A stretch of DNA of 56,187 nucleotides from Prorocentrum cordatum (lineage: Eukaryota): the NCBI GenBank assembly GCA_963575745.1, contig CAUYUJ010000105.1:62001-118187 (forward strand). Direction: 5' to 3'. The notes under the pieces were generated by a model that saw nothing but the letters and a program-made list of their open reading frames with translations, searched no databases and was not told the origin of the DNA. The translations under genes and the position numbers were made by a program. This document shows positions 26,011 to 39,835 of this stretch, piece after piece; the first letter of the stretch is position 1, and each line of letters begins with the position of its first letter.

Positions 26011-28350
26011 CGCCCACCCAGTACAGCGCTTCGTGGCCTCATAGGGAGCTCCACCGGAGCCCCCAATGGGACCGTCCGCATGCACCCTGGAAGCCAAATT
26101 TTGCATCTTCACTCACCCAGTATGGCGACTCGTGGCTTCATAAGGAGTTTCACCGAAGCCCCCAGTATCAGCGTCCGCATGCGTCCCGGAAGCCCAATTT
26201 GGCATTTTCGCACACCCAGTACAGGGCTTCGTGGCCCCATTGGGCTCCACCAGAGCCCCCAGTAGGACCGTCCGCGCGCGTCCTGGAAGCTCAATGTGGC
26301 ACCGTAGGACCGTAGGAGCTCCACCGAAGCCCCCAGTGGGACCGTCCGCATGCGTCCCGGAAGCCCACGTCGGCGCGTTCACCCACCCAGTACAGCGTTT
26401 CCTGGCCCCCGAGTGATTTCCACCGAAGCTCCCAGTGGGACCGTCCGCATGCGACCGGGAAGCCCAATTTGGCATTTTCGTTCACCGCGCACAGCGTTTC
26501 GAGGCCTCATAGGGAGCTCCACCGAAGCCCCCAGTGGGACCGCCCGCGTGCGTCCAGGAAGCCCAATTTGGCATTTTCACTTACCCAGTACAGCGCTTCG
26601 TGGCCCCATAGGGAACTCCACCGAAGCCCCCGGTGGGACTGTCCGCATGCGCCCCGGAAGCCCAATTTGGCATTTTCACACCCAGTACAGCGCTTCGTGG
26701 CTCCATAGGGAGCTTCACCCAAGCCCCCAGTGAGACCGTCTGCGTGCGCCCCGGAAACCCAACTTGGCATTTTCACATACCCAGAACAGCGCTTCGTGTC
26801 CCCATTAGGAGTTCCACGATTGCCCCAGTGGGACCGTCCGCATGCGTCCCGAAAACCCAATGTGGCACTGTCGCCCACCCAGTACAGCGCTTCGTGGCCT
26901 CATAGGGAGCTCCACCGAAGCCCCCAGTGGGGCCGCCCGCATGCGGTCCACACGCACACACACACACACACATACACACATACACACATACACATACAAT
27001 TTTGCATTTTCACCTACGCAGTACAGCGCTTCGTGGCCCCATAGGAAGCTCCACCGAACCCCCCAGTGGGACCGCCCGCATGCGTCCTGCAAACCCAATT
27101 TGACAGTTCCACCCACCCAGTACAGCGCTTCGTGGCCTCATAGGGAACTCCACCGAAGCCCCCAGTATGACCGTCCGCATGCGTCCTGGAAGCCCGATTT
27201 GGCATTCTCACACACCCAGAGCAGCGCATCGTGGCCCCACAGGGAGCTCCACCGAAACCTCCAGTGGGACGGCTCGCATGCGCCTTGGAAACCCAATTTG
27301 GCACTGTCACCCACCAAGTGCAGCGTTTCGTGGCCCCATAAGGAGGAGCTCCATTGAACTCTCCACTGGGACGGTCCGCGTGCGTCCTGGAAGCCCAATT
27401 TGGCATTTTCGCCCACCCACGCTTCGATGCCCCATAGAGAGCCCCACCGAAGCCCCCAGTAGGACCGTGCACGTGCGTCCTGGAAACCCACCCAGTACAA
27501 CGTTTCGGGACCCCACTGGGAATTTCACTGGAGCCCCCAGTGGGGCCGTCCGCATGCGCCCCGGAAACCCAATTTGGCATTTTCACCCACCCAGTAGAGC
27601 GTTTCGTGGCCCCAGAGGGATCTCCACCGAAGCCCCCAGTGGGACCGTCCGCGTGCGTCCCAGAAGCTCAACTTGGCATTTTCAATTGATCAGTCCCACG
27701 CTTCGCAGCCCCATGGGGAGCTGTACCGAAACCTCCAGTGGGACGGTCCGCATGCGCCTTGGAAGCCCAATTTGGCATTTTCTCACCCACCAAGTGCAGC
27801 GCTTCGTGGCCCCGTAGGAAGGAAGCTCCAACGAAGCCCCCAGTGGGACCGTCTGCATGCGTCCCGGAAACCCAATTTGGCATTTTCAGTTGCCCAGTAC
27901 AGCGTTCCGTGGTCCCATACCAAAGCCCCCAGTGGGACCGTCCGCGTGCGTCGCGGAAGCCCCATTTGGCATTTTCATCCACCCAGTACAGAGCTTCGTG
28001 GCCCCATAGGGAGCTCCACCGAAGCTCCTAGTGGGACCGCCCGCATGTGGGACGCTGGCATTTTCACCCACCCAGCATGTACATCGCTTCGTGGCCCCAT
28101 AGGGAGCTTCACCTAAGCTCTCACGGGGACCGCCCGCATGCGTCCCACATACTTGCCCATAGTGATCTCCACCGAAGCCCCCAGTAGGACCGTCCGCGTC
28201 CGTTGTTACCGCCCGCATGCGCCCCCCCACCCAGTACAGCACTTCGTGGCCCCATAGGGAACTCCACCGACGGCCCCAGTGCTACCGCTCGTATGCGCCC
28301 CCCCCAGACCCAGCGCAGCGCTTCGTGGCCCCACAGGAAGTTTCACCGAA
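26011..28350. repeat. Minisatellite with a unit of about 98 bp, about 24-25 diverged copies
   Basis: Approximate consensus CCCAGTACAGCGCTTCGTGGCCCCATAGGGAGCTCCACCGAAGCCCCCAGTGGGACCGTCCGCATGCGTCCCGGAAGCCCAATTTGGCATTTTCACCCA. One unit carries a (CA)n insertion near 26950. Confidence 0.95.
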
Positions 28351-29132
28351 GAAGATATTCACAATTGCGGTACCCACAACTGCAGATGGTTGGGTCCCTC
28401 GCAAGGATACTTTTTTACAAGGGGCAGGTTTTGGGTTCAGAGAGGGCCCCTGGCCCCCGAACCAGCACAACATCGGCTCCCGCCGGACGCTTCCGCACTA
28501 TTTGTTCGAAGTCGCGCTCTCTCGCAGGCAGGATATCCGCACAATGTTTCCAGGAATCGCGCCCCCGCGCCTTCGGCACTCATGAATTACGCTTTCGCTT
28601 GAGTCTTCTCCAGATTTGCTTGGGAATCGCGCTATCGCTCGAGACTTCCTCGCGATGCATGTTGGGCTGACGCTTCAACGACCCGCCCGCTCGACCCGGC
28701 CGTCTGGGCCCGCCCGCCCGACCCGCCTGTAGGGTCCACCCGCCCCACCCGCCCGTCTTGGCTTAGCCGCTAGCGCTCCTGCGCCTGACCCCCTCTCCTG
28801 CTAATCTCTCTCGTGCTCCGTCCTTCTCCCTCCCCCTTGTCTCCTCCCTCCTCCCACCTTTCTTCTGTTTTACGGGTTGCGCCAAGTAAGTGCACGTGGC
28901 AGTTAAGGAAGACATATACCAAAGTGACCCCCCCCCCGCGACCCATCCGCGACCCACCCCGTGACCCATCCGCAACCCAGCCGCAACCCACCCCGCGATC
29001 CTGTCGCGACCCACCCTCGACCCACCTTGCGGCCGCCCTCTTCACTCTTATTCGCAACTGCGGGGTGCGACGTCAACTTTCGAAGAGCTGGACCGTCGAA
29101 AGTGTAAGTTCATGCATTTCTTCTTCCCCCAG

Positions 29133-30291
29133 GATTCTCGCCGATGCCCGAGCGCCAGGGCATGCTCGTCCTTCCACGGGGGCCTCGGACGAGATCCTGA
29201 GGGCCTCGGCTGGGCAGTGGTGCGCGTGGCTGCAGGGCCCCGAGTTCCCCCTGACGGGCTTCGAGCCGAAGGCAATCGTTTCTGACCAGCCCAAGCAGGA
29301 CACGGGAGCCGGGGTGGGCACGACTGCCGAGGACGACACCGACAAAACCGAGCAGGGTGAGCTCCGAAGACCCGATCTCCGAAGACCTTCGGAGGCTTCA
29401 TCGGAGGCATCAGGTGTATCGGGGTCGCCTCGAGAGGAGTCGGACAAACTGGCGCCGGCGCCAAACGCCGTGGCTCCACTGGTCATCCACAAAGGCTTTC
29501 ACGCCAAGGCGCTCCAGCACAGGCCTGTCTTTACTGGAACGAGGCCCTGCTTCCAGGGCCACTACTACTACGAGGTGAAGATATGCTACAACTTCGCTCG
29601 CTCGCCTGAGGATCTCTACTCGGCCCTCAGTACGGGCCAGGACGTCGACGACGAGACCAAGGCGAAAAAGGGAGGCGCGGGATCCATTGGGTGGAGCACC
29701 CCCGCGTTCTTGGGAGACCACCTTTTGAAAGGCGTCGGCGACGACAGGTTCTCGTGGGGCTACGAAGGCGGCAATCCTGGGAAGCCTGGTTTGATTAAAT
29801 TCTGCGGCAAGCGGTTTGGACCGAAGCTGGATCACGCGCTGCCCAAGTGGGAGGAGAGAATGGTCGTCGGCGTCGCGTGCTCCATCACAGATAGCCAGGC
29901 GAAGATGTACTGGACCCTGAATGGCGAGCTCTTTACTACTGATGAGCCAGACCCGGTCGACTTGTCTGTGTATTCAGAGCCCGGCCTCGTGCCAGCGATT
30001 TCCTTGCATGAAGGGCTCGAGATTCAGATCAACCTTGGCCCGAACTTCTGGTACGGGAAGAAAACAGGGAGCAGCCTGGTCACCCCGTGGGCTGGCTGCG
30101 AGCAGCCTTTCAAGCCAGTGCGGGCGCTCAAGGCGGGCGAGGCAGGCACCTTCGGGGCCACCATGCCGCAGAGGGTCCGCTCCGGCTCTGTGACTTCCGT
30201 GGACGGCGGCGAGGACACCGTGCGACCAGGCCCGGACGGCGAGGGCGCTGCCACGCTGCAGCCGAGTGTCCACGACATGGACCTGTGGAAG
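29133..30291 (+). CDS. Host gene exon A: SPRY (B30.2-like) domain; 5' boundary tentative
   Basis: GHYYYEVKI, SIGWST, GVGDDRFSWGYEG, W....VVGVAC, YWTLNG, LVPAISL and INLG.NF.YG. It has a pyrimidine-rich acceptor TTCTTCCCCCAG|G and a donor AAG|GA. Confidence 0.8.
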
Positions 30292-30402
30292 GACCTCATC
30301 CTCAGCATCATCCTCATCCTCTCCTCAGCCTCATCCTCATCCTCATCCTTCTCCTGATCCTCATCCTCATGCGCATCCTCATCCTCATCCTCATCCTCCG
30401 AG

Positions 30403-30906
30403 GGGCCGCCAGAGCAGGCAGCGTCTGGAACGGGAGCCGCCGGTGCGGCCGTCGCAGCCAGTGAGTGGGCTACTGGTGATTCTGCGGGGGAGTTGAGGAA
30501 GTGGGTGGAGAAGCACGAAGCGGCATTGAAGACCGGCGTCCACTTGAATCTGTCTGGCTTTCTGCAGGTTGAGACTCAACGAGGCGCCATGGCTGTAATC
30601 GCAAAGCTGCTGGACATCCTACTGGAGCGCAAAGCACAGATACACTCCATCGACCTGAGTCGCAACCCACAGCTGGGCCTGGACAGGGAGAGCCAGGACC
30701 GGGTCCTCCGCGCAGTGGCAAAGCTCATGAAGGACCCGAAGATCCCGCTAACGAAGGTGGTTCTCGGCCAGTGCAAACTTCAAAGCGATGACGCGCTGAA
30801 TACTCATTCGACGGGCCTCGGGTCAGTGATTGGGGCCTTGGACCCGACGCTACCAGACGGCTTCAGAGTGAATGAGCTCGATCTTAGTGGCAACGAGCTG
30901 GGAGAG
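30403..30906 (+). CDS. Host gene exon B: leucine-rich repeats
   Basis: HLNLSG, IHSIDLSRNPQLG, LTKVVLGQCKL and VNELDLSGNELGE. It is in frame with exon A after removing a 111-nt (ATCCTC)n GA-AG intron. Donor GAG|GC. Confidence 0.75.
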
Positions 30907-31068
30907 GCGATGCGTCACGTGTCCGACAAGAAAAAGGAGGATCACATAAGAGCAAACTGCATAAAACCAACAAGCTTTCGGAAGACCGCGCGTATTTAGT
31001 GGATTTGCGCTGGACCCCCCTGGCGGCGCGTCCGGCGCCGCCATTGGCGCGCTCCGCGCGCCAGGGAG

Positions 31069-31266
31069 GGGAGCCCAGCGCCGATCCAAGAAATCCGCGC
31101 GGACCTCCAACATGTCATGCTTGTGATGGTTTGCTGTCTGCCTCGCGAGGACGAGATGTTCGTCCAAGACCTGCTCCTGTCGGTCAGGACGCTCTCGCTC
31201 CAGGGCAACGAGATGAACTACCAGGACCTCCGCGGACTACTGCCTGGGCTCACGGGCAGTGCACAG
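31069..31266 (+). CDS. Host gene exon C: LRR
   Basis: Encodes ...VRTLSLQGNEMNYQDLRGLLPGLTGSAQ, with acceptor GAG|G (tentative) and donor CAG|GT. Confidence 0.72.
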
Positions 31267-32682
31267 GTCAAAGTGGTCAGGGATTCCGACCCCTGCAGGT
31301 CCCCAGACCCTAAGTTTCAGTCGGGCGTGTCCTTCTATGGGAGGAATATTCAGACAGAGTCAAAAAATTGTTTGCGGACGATCTTTCGACCATTTGCGAA
31401 TCTGTTCGATTATCGTGTGACTAGTTGTTATTTCTCCTCCAAAATCACCCTGTAGGAGGACATGCCCGACCTAACCCGAAGCTCTGGGCGTGGCAACCTT
31501 TCGTGCTGCGAGCTTTCTCGGCCGCACTCGGGCCCCTGGCGCCCTCCACTGAATCTATATCTGGCTCGGAGAATGCAGCAGAACGATAGGGTCCAGGGCC
31601 CTCGTCGTGGTCTTGCGCGATGCCGCAACTCGTTCGCAGCGTCGGGAGGCCCCCCGGGGGCCTCCGGAGGCCCGGAGAGGGCCGGCGCCGTGCGGAAACC
31701 CGCCCCCGTCGACCCTCGGGGCAGTGTTTTCCTCTCTGAGGTTCCGGCGAGTATGTGCCTGCATGGAGGGGGGTGGGGGGGGCAAAGAGGGGGGTGATGA
31801 CTAGGGGGGGGTGGATATCATGGCGGGGGCCATGATAGTTCCCCAGATCTCATGGCGCCTCTTCTTATTTCATTACGTCCCCGGCCCCCCCGCTGGGCCG
31901 CGCACATGCCGCCGGTCATGATTTGCATCCCCCCCCCTCTTGGACACCCCCCTCTTGGCCTCTCCCGAGGGAGGGGGGGGGTGCGCGGCGAGACCTTCCG
32001 CAAGCCGGGACTCAACTGCACGGCCTTTCGGTCCAGTGCCAGTTGAAAAGGCGGCGGAGGGGTGGGGGCCCAGACATCCAGCGCTCCAGTTTTGTCGATC
32101 TGTGGATCCCCCATGGCCTGGATCACTTCCCAGTGATCCGATGTCGTTTTTTATTTTCTTTTATTTTTATTGTTTTAATCAACACAGGGTCCCCAGACGT
32201 CCCGACCCTTTCCCCAGGACCAGTTTTTTATTTGGAGCCATTTCTTGACCGTCCTGGGGCCCGGCGGAGACCTCTAGAAACCTAAAGGGGCGAAACATTT
32301 CCGTCTTGATTTTTTCAGTACGTTGGATCTCTGGGTTCCTGAGTCGTTGTTGGACGGTCCTGGGGCCCGCTGAGGGCAATTTGTTGTTCGGAGCTTCGGA
32401 TTTCTGGGAGGACATCTGGACTTTACGCAGGCCGGGGCTCGCTTGCACGCCGGTTCGGCACCGCGCAGTTGGGAAAGGCAGTGGAGAGGAGAGGGGGAGA
32501 GGGGGGGAGGGGTACATGGAATTTCGACCCCCTCAGGGGGGGTTCGAATGCGCAAAGAGATGGCTCGAGTCGGAGGCCTGTAGAGGCCCGACAAGGGCCG
32601 AGGGCGCTGGGAAACGTACCCCCCGACCGACCCTTGAGAGCCGAGGGCGAAACCTCACGAGCAGCAGACCCAGAGATTTGAG

Positions 32683-33466
32683 TGTATATATATATATACA
32701 CATTCATATATGAATGTATGTATGTATGTATGTATGTATGTAGGTAGGCAGGTAGGCAGGTATGTATGTATGTATGTATGTATGTATGTATGTACGTACG
32801 TATGTATGTATGTATGTATGTATGTATATGTGTATGTGTATATATGTATGTATGTATGCATGTTTGCATGCATGTATGCATGTATGTATGTATGTGTATA
32901 TATATGTGTGTATGCATGTATGTTTGTATGTGTGTATGTATGTATGTATGTGTGTATGTATGTATGTATGTATATGTGTATATCTGTCTGTATGTCTGTA
33001 TGTATGTATGTAGGTATGTATGTATGTATGTATGTGTGTGTATGTCTGCATGTGCGTATAAATGTATGTATGCATGTATGTATGTGTATACGCATGTATG
33101 TATGTATGTATGTGTGTTTGTATGTATGTATATGTGTATGTCTGTAGGTATGTATGTATGTATGCATGTATGCATACATGTATGCATGTATGTATGTATG
33201 TTTGCATACATATATATATATGTGTGTATGCATGTATCTTTGTATGTGTGTATGTATGTATGTATGTATGTACGTATGTTTGCATGTATGTATGTATATG
33301 TGTATGTCTGTATGTATGTATGTATGTGTGTATGTATGTATGTGCGTATAACTGTATGTATGCATTTATGTATGTATGTGTATACGTATGCATGTATGTA
33401 TGTATGTATGTATGTATATGTGTATATGTATGCATGCATGTATGCATGCATGTATGTATGTATGTT

Positions 33467-33502
<36 letters not shown>

Positions 33503-35712
33503 CATGTATGATTGTATGTGTGTATGTATATATGTATGTATGTATGTATGTGTGTATGTATGTATGTATATGTGTAAGTCTGTATGTATGTATGTATGTA
33601 TGTGTGTGTATGTATGTATGTGCGTATAAATGTATGTATGCAGGTATGCATGTGTATACGTATGTGTGTATGTATGTATGTATGTATGTATATGTGTATG
33701 TCTGTATGTATGTATGTATGCATGTATGCATGCATGTATGCATGTATGTATTTATATAGATATGTGTGTATGCATGTATGCTTGAATTTGTGTATGTATG
33801 TATGTATGCATGTATGTGTGTATTCATGTATGTATATGTGTATGTCTGTATGTATGTATGTATGTATGTATGTGTGTATGTATGTGCGTATAAATGTGTG
33901 TATGCATGCATGTATGTGTATACGTATGTATGTATGTATGTTTGTATGTATGCATGTATATGTGTATGTCTGTATGTATGCATGTATGCATGCATGTATG
34001 CATGTATGTAAGTATGTATGTATATATACATATATATGTGTATGTATGTATGTTTGTATGTGTGTATGTATGTATGTATGTATGTGTGTATGTATGTATA
34101 TGTGTATGTCATGTATGTATGCATGTATGTGTGTGTAAGTAACTATGTGCGTATAAATGTATGTATACATGTATGTATGTGTATACGTATGTATGTATGT
34201 ATGTTTGTATGTATGTATCTATATATGTATGTATATGTGTATGCCTGTATGTCTGTATGTATGTATGTATGTATGCATGTATGCATGCATGTATGCATGT
34301 ATGTATGTATGTATGTATATATATATATACATACATGTGTATGCATGCATGTTTGTATGTGTGTATGCATGTATGTATGTATGTGTGTATGTATGTATGT
34401 ATGTATATGTGTATGTCATGTACGTATGTATGTATGTATGTGTGTATGTGTGTATGTGCGTATAAATGTATGTATGCATGTATGTATGTGTATACGTATG
34501 TATGTATGTATGTATGTATGTATTTGTGTATGTCTGTATGTATGCATGTATGTATGCATGTATGCATGCATGCATGTATGTATGTATGTATGTGTATATA
34601 TATATATATGTGTGTATGCATGTATGTTTGTATGTGTATATGTATGTATGTATGTATGTGTATGTGTATGTCTGTATGTATTTATGTATGTATGTATGTG
34701 TGTGTATGTATGTATGTGCGTATACATGTATGTATGCATGTATGTATGTGTATACGTAGGTATGTTTGTATTTATGTATGTATGTATGTATGTATATGTG
34801 TATGTCTGTATTTATGTATGTATGTATGCATGTATGCATGCAGGTATGCATGTATGCATGTATGTATGTATGTATATGTATATATGTATATATATGTATA
34901 TATAGGTATGCATGTATGTTTGTGTGTATGTATGTATGTATGTGTGTATGTATGTATGTATATGTGTATGTATGTATGTATGTATGTATGTGTGTGTATG
35001 TATGTATGTGCGTATGTATGTATATATGCATGTATGTATGTGTATACGTATGCATGTATGTATGCATGTATGCATGCATATGTGTATGTCTGTATGTATG
35101 TATGTATGCATGTATGCATGCATGTATGCATGTATGTATGTATGTATATATATATATATATGCATGTATGTTTGTATGTGTGTATGTATGTATGTATGTA
35201 TGTGTGTATGTATGTATGTATATGTGTATGTCTGTATGTACGTATGTATGTTGTATGTATGTATGTGCGTATAAATGTATGTATGCATATATGTATATGT
35301 ATAGTATGTATGTATGTATGTATGTATGTATGTATGTATGTTCATGTGTATGTCTGTATGCATGTATGTATGTATGCATGTATGCATGCATGTATGCATC
35401 TATGTATGCATGTATGTGTATATATATATATATATAAATGTATGTTTGTATGTGTGTATGTATGTATGTATGTATGTATGTATGTATGTATGTGTGTGTA
35501 TGTATGTATGTATATGTGTATGTCTGTAGGTATGTATTCATACTTGTATGTGTGTATGTATGTATGTATGTGCATATAAATGTATGTATGCATGTATGTA
35601 CGTGTATACGTATGTATGTATGTATGTATGCATGTATGTATGTATGTATGCATACGTGTGTATGAGTGTTTATACACATATATACATATATATATACACA
35701 TGTATATATAGA
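32683..35712. repeat. (TATG)n/(TA)n/(TG)n compound microsatellite of about 3 kb with higher-order periodicity (intronic)
   Basis: TATG-based array in which the marker GTGCGTATA recurs every 260-310 nt. Confidence 0.96.
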
Positions 35713-35823
35713 TATTTCGGAGTATGCCAGGGGAGGGCCCAGAACTGCTACCTCTGGTTCGTATGGGGGGCCTTGAGGGCTCCAAGAGGGTTCAAAAGGA
35801 GGCCCGGACCCCCCCAGAGGTCT

Positions 35824-37836
35824 CGGTGGGTACCAAATGGCACTTGGCAGCGACACCGACGACGACAGCGACAACAACCACGACGACGACGCCACCGACA
35901 ACGACTACGACGACACCGACGACGTCTCCAACGACTTCGACGACGACGACGACAACGACGACGACGATGACGACAACGACACCGACGACGACGACGACGC
36001 CGACGCAGACGACGACGACGACGCCGACGACGAGGTCGACGCCGACGACGACGACGACGACGACTACGACGGCGACGCCGACGACGACGACGCCGACGAC
36101 GACGACGACGACGACGGAGACGACGACGACTACGTCGCCAAAGAAGACGACGACGAGGGAGGAGGGAGGACGACGGCGGCGTCAACGACGACAACGACGA
36201 GGGAGGAGGGAGGACGGTGACGACGCGAACGACGAAGAAGGGGGGAGGACGGCGACGCCGACGACGACAACGACGAGGGAGGAGGAAAGACGAGGACGAC
36301 GACGACGACGACGACGACGGCGACGAAATAGGAGGGACAACGACGAAACGCCGACGAAGACGACGAGGGAGGAAGGACGACCACGGCGACAACGACGACG
36401 GAAACAACGACGACGACGCCAAGACGACGACGACGACGAGGAAAGACAGGACGACGACGACGGCGACGACTACGAGGGAGGAGGGAGGACGGCGACGACG
36501 ACGACGATGCAAGAGCGCGCGCGCACGCTTTTGTTGAAAGTCCGTGATGCGAAACCATGTGTTTTTGTATGTTTTTGGACACTCGATTTTGAAATCCTTC
36601 CGACACTGGAGGTTTTTGAAGGATTTCGGCATGCGCGCGCGACGACGCGCGCGTGCGCACTTCGTCCCATTCTTTTGCAGAGGATTCTCGCGACGGCACG
36701 CGCGCAAGGGCGTTCGAAAGATTTCGACATGCGCGCGCGAAGCCCGTTTGGTAGCATTTTTGGAAAATCTTGAGAATTTCTATGGTTTTCTGAAGATTTC
36801 GCAAGGGCGGGCGCGTAAGCTTTTTTTTGAAAATCACTGTTGCGAGACCCTGTGTGTGTTGTATGTTTTTTGGAAACTCGATTTTGAAATCCTTCCGAAA
36901 CCGAAGGTTTTGAAGGATGTCGGCATGCGCGCGCGACGACGCGCGCGTGTGCACATCGTCCCATTCGTTCCATCGGAGTTTTTGAATACTTATGATTTTT
37001 AACAAACGAGTGTGCGCATAGTATTTTTTGCAAAGGACGGCGGGGGATCGAAACCGGTTTGGCTGGGATAGTGTGAGTTCACAGATAGGATGGACATTTC
37101 GGGTCAGAACCCTATCTGTTTTACATAGGTTCCTGGGGGGTCTTTAACTCGGGGTGGGGAGGGTGGTAGAACCTATTATTTCTTCAGAAAAGAGAATCTA
37201 TATGGTGCAATTAATTTCTGTTCGCAGTGCGTTGTCCACTCCACTGCTCGCGCAAACATCCCACCCACCCACCCGCAACTTGGTTTGCAAAATCTCTTGA
37301 GACCGTGACGGTGGGTACCACATGGCGCTTGGCAACAACAGCGATGCCGACGACGACAGCGACAACGACGATGACGACGCCGCCGACAACGACTACGACG
37401 ACACCGACGACGTCCCCAACGACTTCGACTACGCCGACAACGACGACGACGCCGACACCGACGACGACGACGACACCGACGACGACGACGACGATGACAA
37501 CGACGACGACGGTGACGACGCCGACGACGACGATAACGACGACACCGACGACGACGACGACGACGTCAACGACGCCGACGACGACGACGACGACGGCGGC
37601 GACGACGACGACGCCGACGTCGACGACGACGAAGACGACAACGACGCCGACGCCGACGACGACGAAGACGACGACGTCGCCAACGAAGACAACGAGGAAG
37701 GAGGGAGGACGACGACGGCGACAACGACGACAACGACGAGGGAGGAGGGAGGACGGCGACGACGCGAACGACGAAGATGGAGGAAGGACGGCGACGCCGA
37801 CGACGGCAACGACGAGGGAGGAGGGAAGACGACGCC

Positions 37837-37874
<38 letters not shown>

Positions 37875-38785
37875 AATAGGAGGGACCGACGACGAGACGC
37901 CGACGACGGACGACGACGACGACGTGGGAGGAGGAGGATGGACGACCACGGCGACAACGACGACGGAAACGACCACGACGCCACAGAGGACGACGACTAC
38001 GAACACGAGAAAAGACAGAGGACGACGTAGGCGACGACGACGACGACGACGCGGGAGGAGGGAGGACGGCGACGACGACGACGACGACGCAAGAGCGCGC
38101 GCGCACGCTTTTGTTGAAAATCCGTGTTGCGAAACCTTAGGTTTTTGTAAGTTTTTGGACGCACGATTTTGAAATCCTTCCGAAACCGATGGGTTTGGAA
38201 GGTTTCCGGCAAACGCCCGCGACGACGCGCGCGTCTGCACTTCGTCCAATTTTTTGCAGAGGATTCTCGCGACGGCACACGCGCAAGGGCGTTCGACTGA
38301 TTTCGACATGCGCGCGCGCGAAGCCCGTTTGGTAGAATTTGTGAAAATCTTGAAAAACCTATGGTTTTCTTAAGATTTCGCAAGAGCTCGCGCGGAAGCT
38401 TTTTTAGCAAACCAGTGTTGCGAAACCCCGTGTTTTTGTACGTTTTTTGGAAACTCGCTTGCGAAATCCTTCCCGCACCGAAGATTTTTGAAGGATTTCG
38501 GCATGCGCGCGCGACGACGCGCGCGTGTGCACACCGTCCCGTGTTTGTGCAAGGGATTCGTGAACAAGTGTTATGTGGGAACAACAAATGTCACCGCATA
38601 GTGTTTTTTACAAGGGGACCTCAGGGCGGGGGAACCCGGCCTGGCTGGGATGGTGTGATTTCATACTTAGGATGGACGAGTGGTCCGAATCATATATGAT
38701 TTGCATACCCGAAAGGGGAACCGATAAGTCCTGGGGTGGGGGGGTAGAGTCTATTCTCCTTTCAGAAAGGAGAATATATGTTGTA
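35824..38785 (+). repeat. Two tandem diverged copies (about 1.4-1.5 kb each) of a composite element: (GAC)n tract, internal subrepeats of about 290 bp, hairpin tail
   Basis: Both copies start CGGTGGGTACCA.ATGGC.CTTGGCA (35824, 37309), share CAAGAGCGCGCGCGCACGCTTTTGTTGAAA, and end with CTATT...TTCAGAAA.GAGAAT (about 37172 and 38751). Confidence 0.85.
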
Positions 38786-39339
38786 CAATCTTGGCAGCGA
38801 CGAGGCGTCGACTGCGAGCACGCAGCCGCCAGACCGACACCCAGTTCCAGACGACGGGGGGCGTCGAGGCGGCGACAGGGCGGCGACGGCGAGCACGGAA
38901 CCGCCACACCGACACCCAGGCCCAGACGACGGGCGGCGACGAGGCGGCGACGGGGCGGCGACGGCGAGCACGGAGCCGCCAGGCCGACACCCAGGCCTAG
39001 TTCCGTAGGACAGAAGTACGAAACACTTAGTTCAAGCACTGTTTGGGGAACATCGGACTATCGCATGTTCAAGGGAGATCTTCCTTGACATCCAGGCGAT
39101 ACCTTTGTTCTCACTGGGCGTTTTCGTTCAGCCGCGGGTCACGGCACCATTGCAGATCGATCCGCTCGGAAAAATGCAGTGGAAATACTGGGTACGATGT
39201 TGCATCTTTTACGTAAAGTCGGATCTCAGGGTTCCTGGGAAGAATGAAGGGCTATCGGGCCCGATGAATGGGGCGGGCGAGGCGCCGTGAAGGCAGGCTT
39301 GCCCAAGTCTAAGACTAGCCCGTCCTCAGAACCTGGCAG

Positions 39340-39465
39340 GTCAGGGACATCCGGCTCGGGGACAACATCCTCGACGACACCGGCGCGGTCGAGCTGGCCA
39401 CCGAGCTGGGCTACAACCGCGAGTTGCGCGCGCTGGACCTGCGGAACACCACGATGTCGCCCAAG
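39340..39465 (+). CDS. Host gene exon D: 42-codon LRR exon, not in the ORF track
   Basis: VRDIRLGDNILDDTGAVELATELGYNRELRALDLRNTTMSPK, with CAG|G acceptor and AAG|GT donor. It preserves the 28-aa LRR register with exons C and E. Confidence 0.88.
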
Positions 39466-39477
39466 GTTTCGGGTCGG

Positions 39478-39759
39478 AGGGCGAGAAGGAGGTGGAGGAG
39501 GAGGAGGTGGAGGTGGGGGAGGGGGAAGAGAGTAAGGGAGGGGGAGGGAGAGCAGGGTCAGACGAAATCTGCTTCGGACGAGGGGGGATGAGGAGGAGGG
39601 GGAGAAGGAGGAACATTTGGAGCAGGGGGAGGGGGAGGAGGAGCAGGAGGAGGAAGAGGAAGAGGAGGAGGATGAGGAAGAGGAGAGGAGGGAGGCGAGG
39701 ACGAGGATGAGGACGAGGAGGGGGAGGCGGAGGATGAGGATGAGGATGAAGAAGATGGA

Positions 39760-39835
<76 letters not shown>

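Noticed and set aside
25918..28350. Repetitive ORFs or a possible CRISPR array in the 98-bp repeat
   Set aside because: The whole unit is repeated with no unique spacers, and the unit length varies and shifts frame. It is a minisatellite.
32423..35901. YIHT and MYVC repeat proteins
   Set aside because: Translations of (TATG)n.
39287..39535. Track ORF MKAGLPKSK...
   Set aside because: Wrong frame. The real exon is the LRR-encoding frame at 39340-39465.
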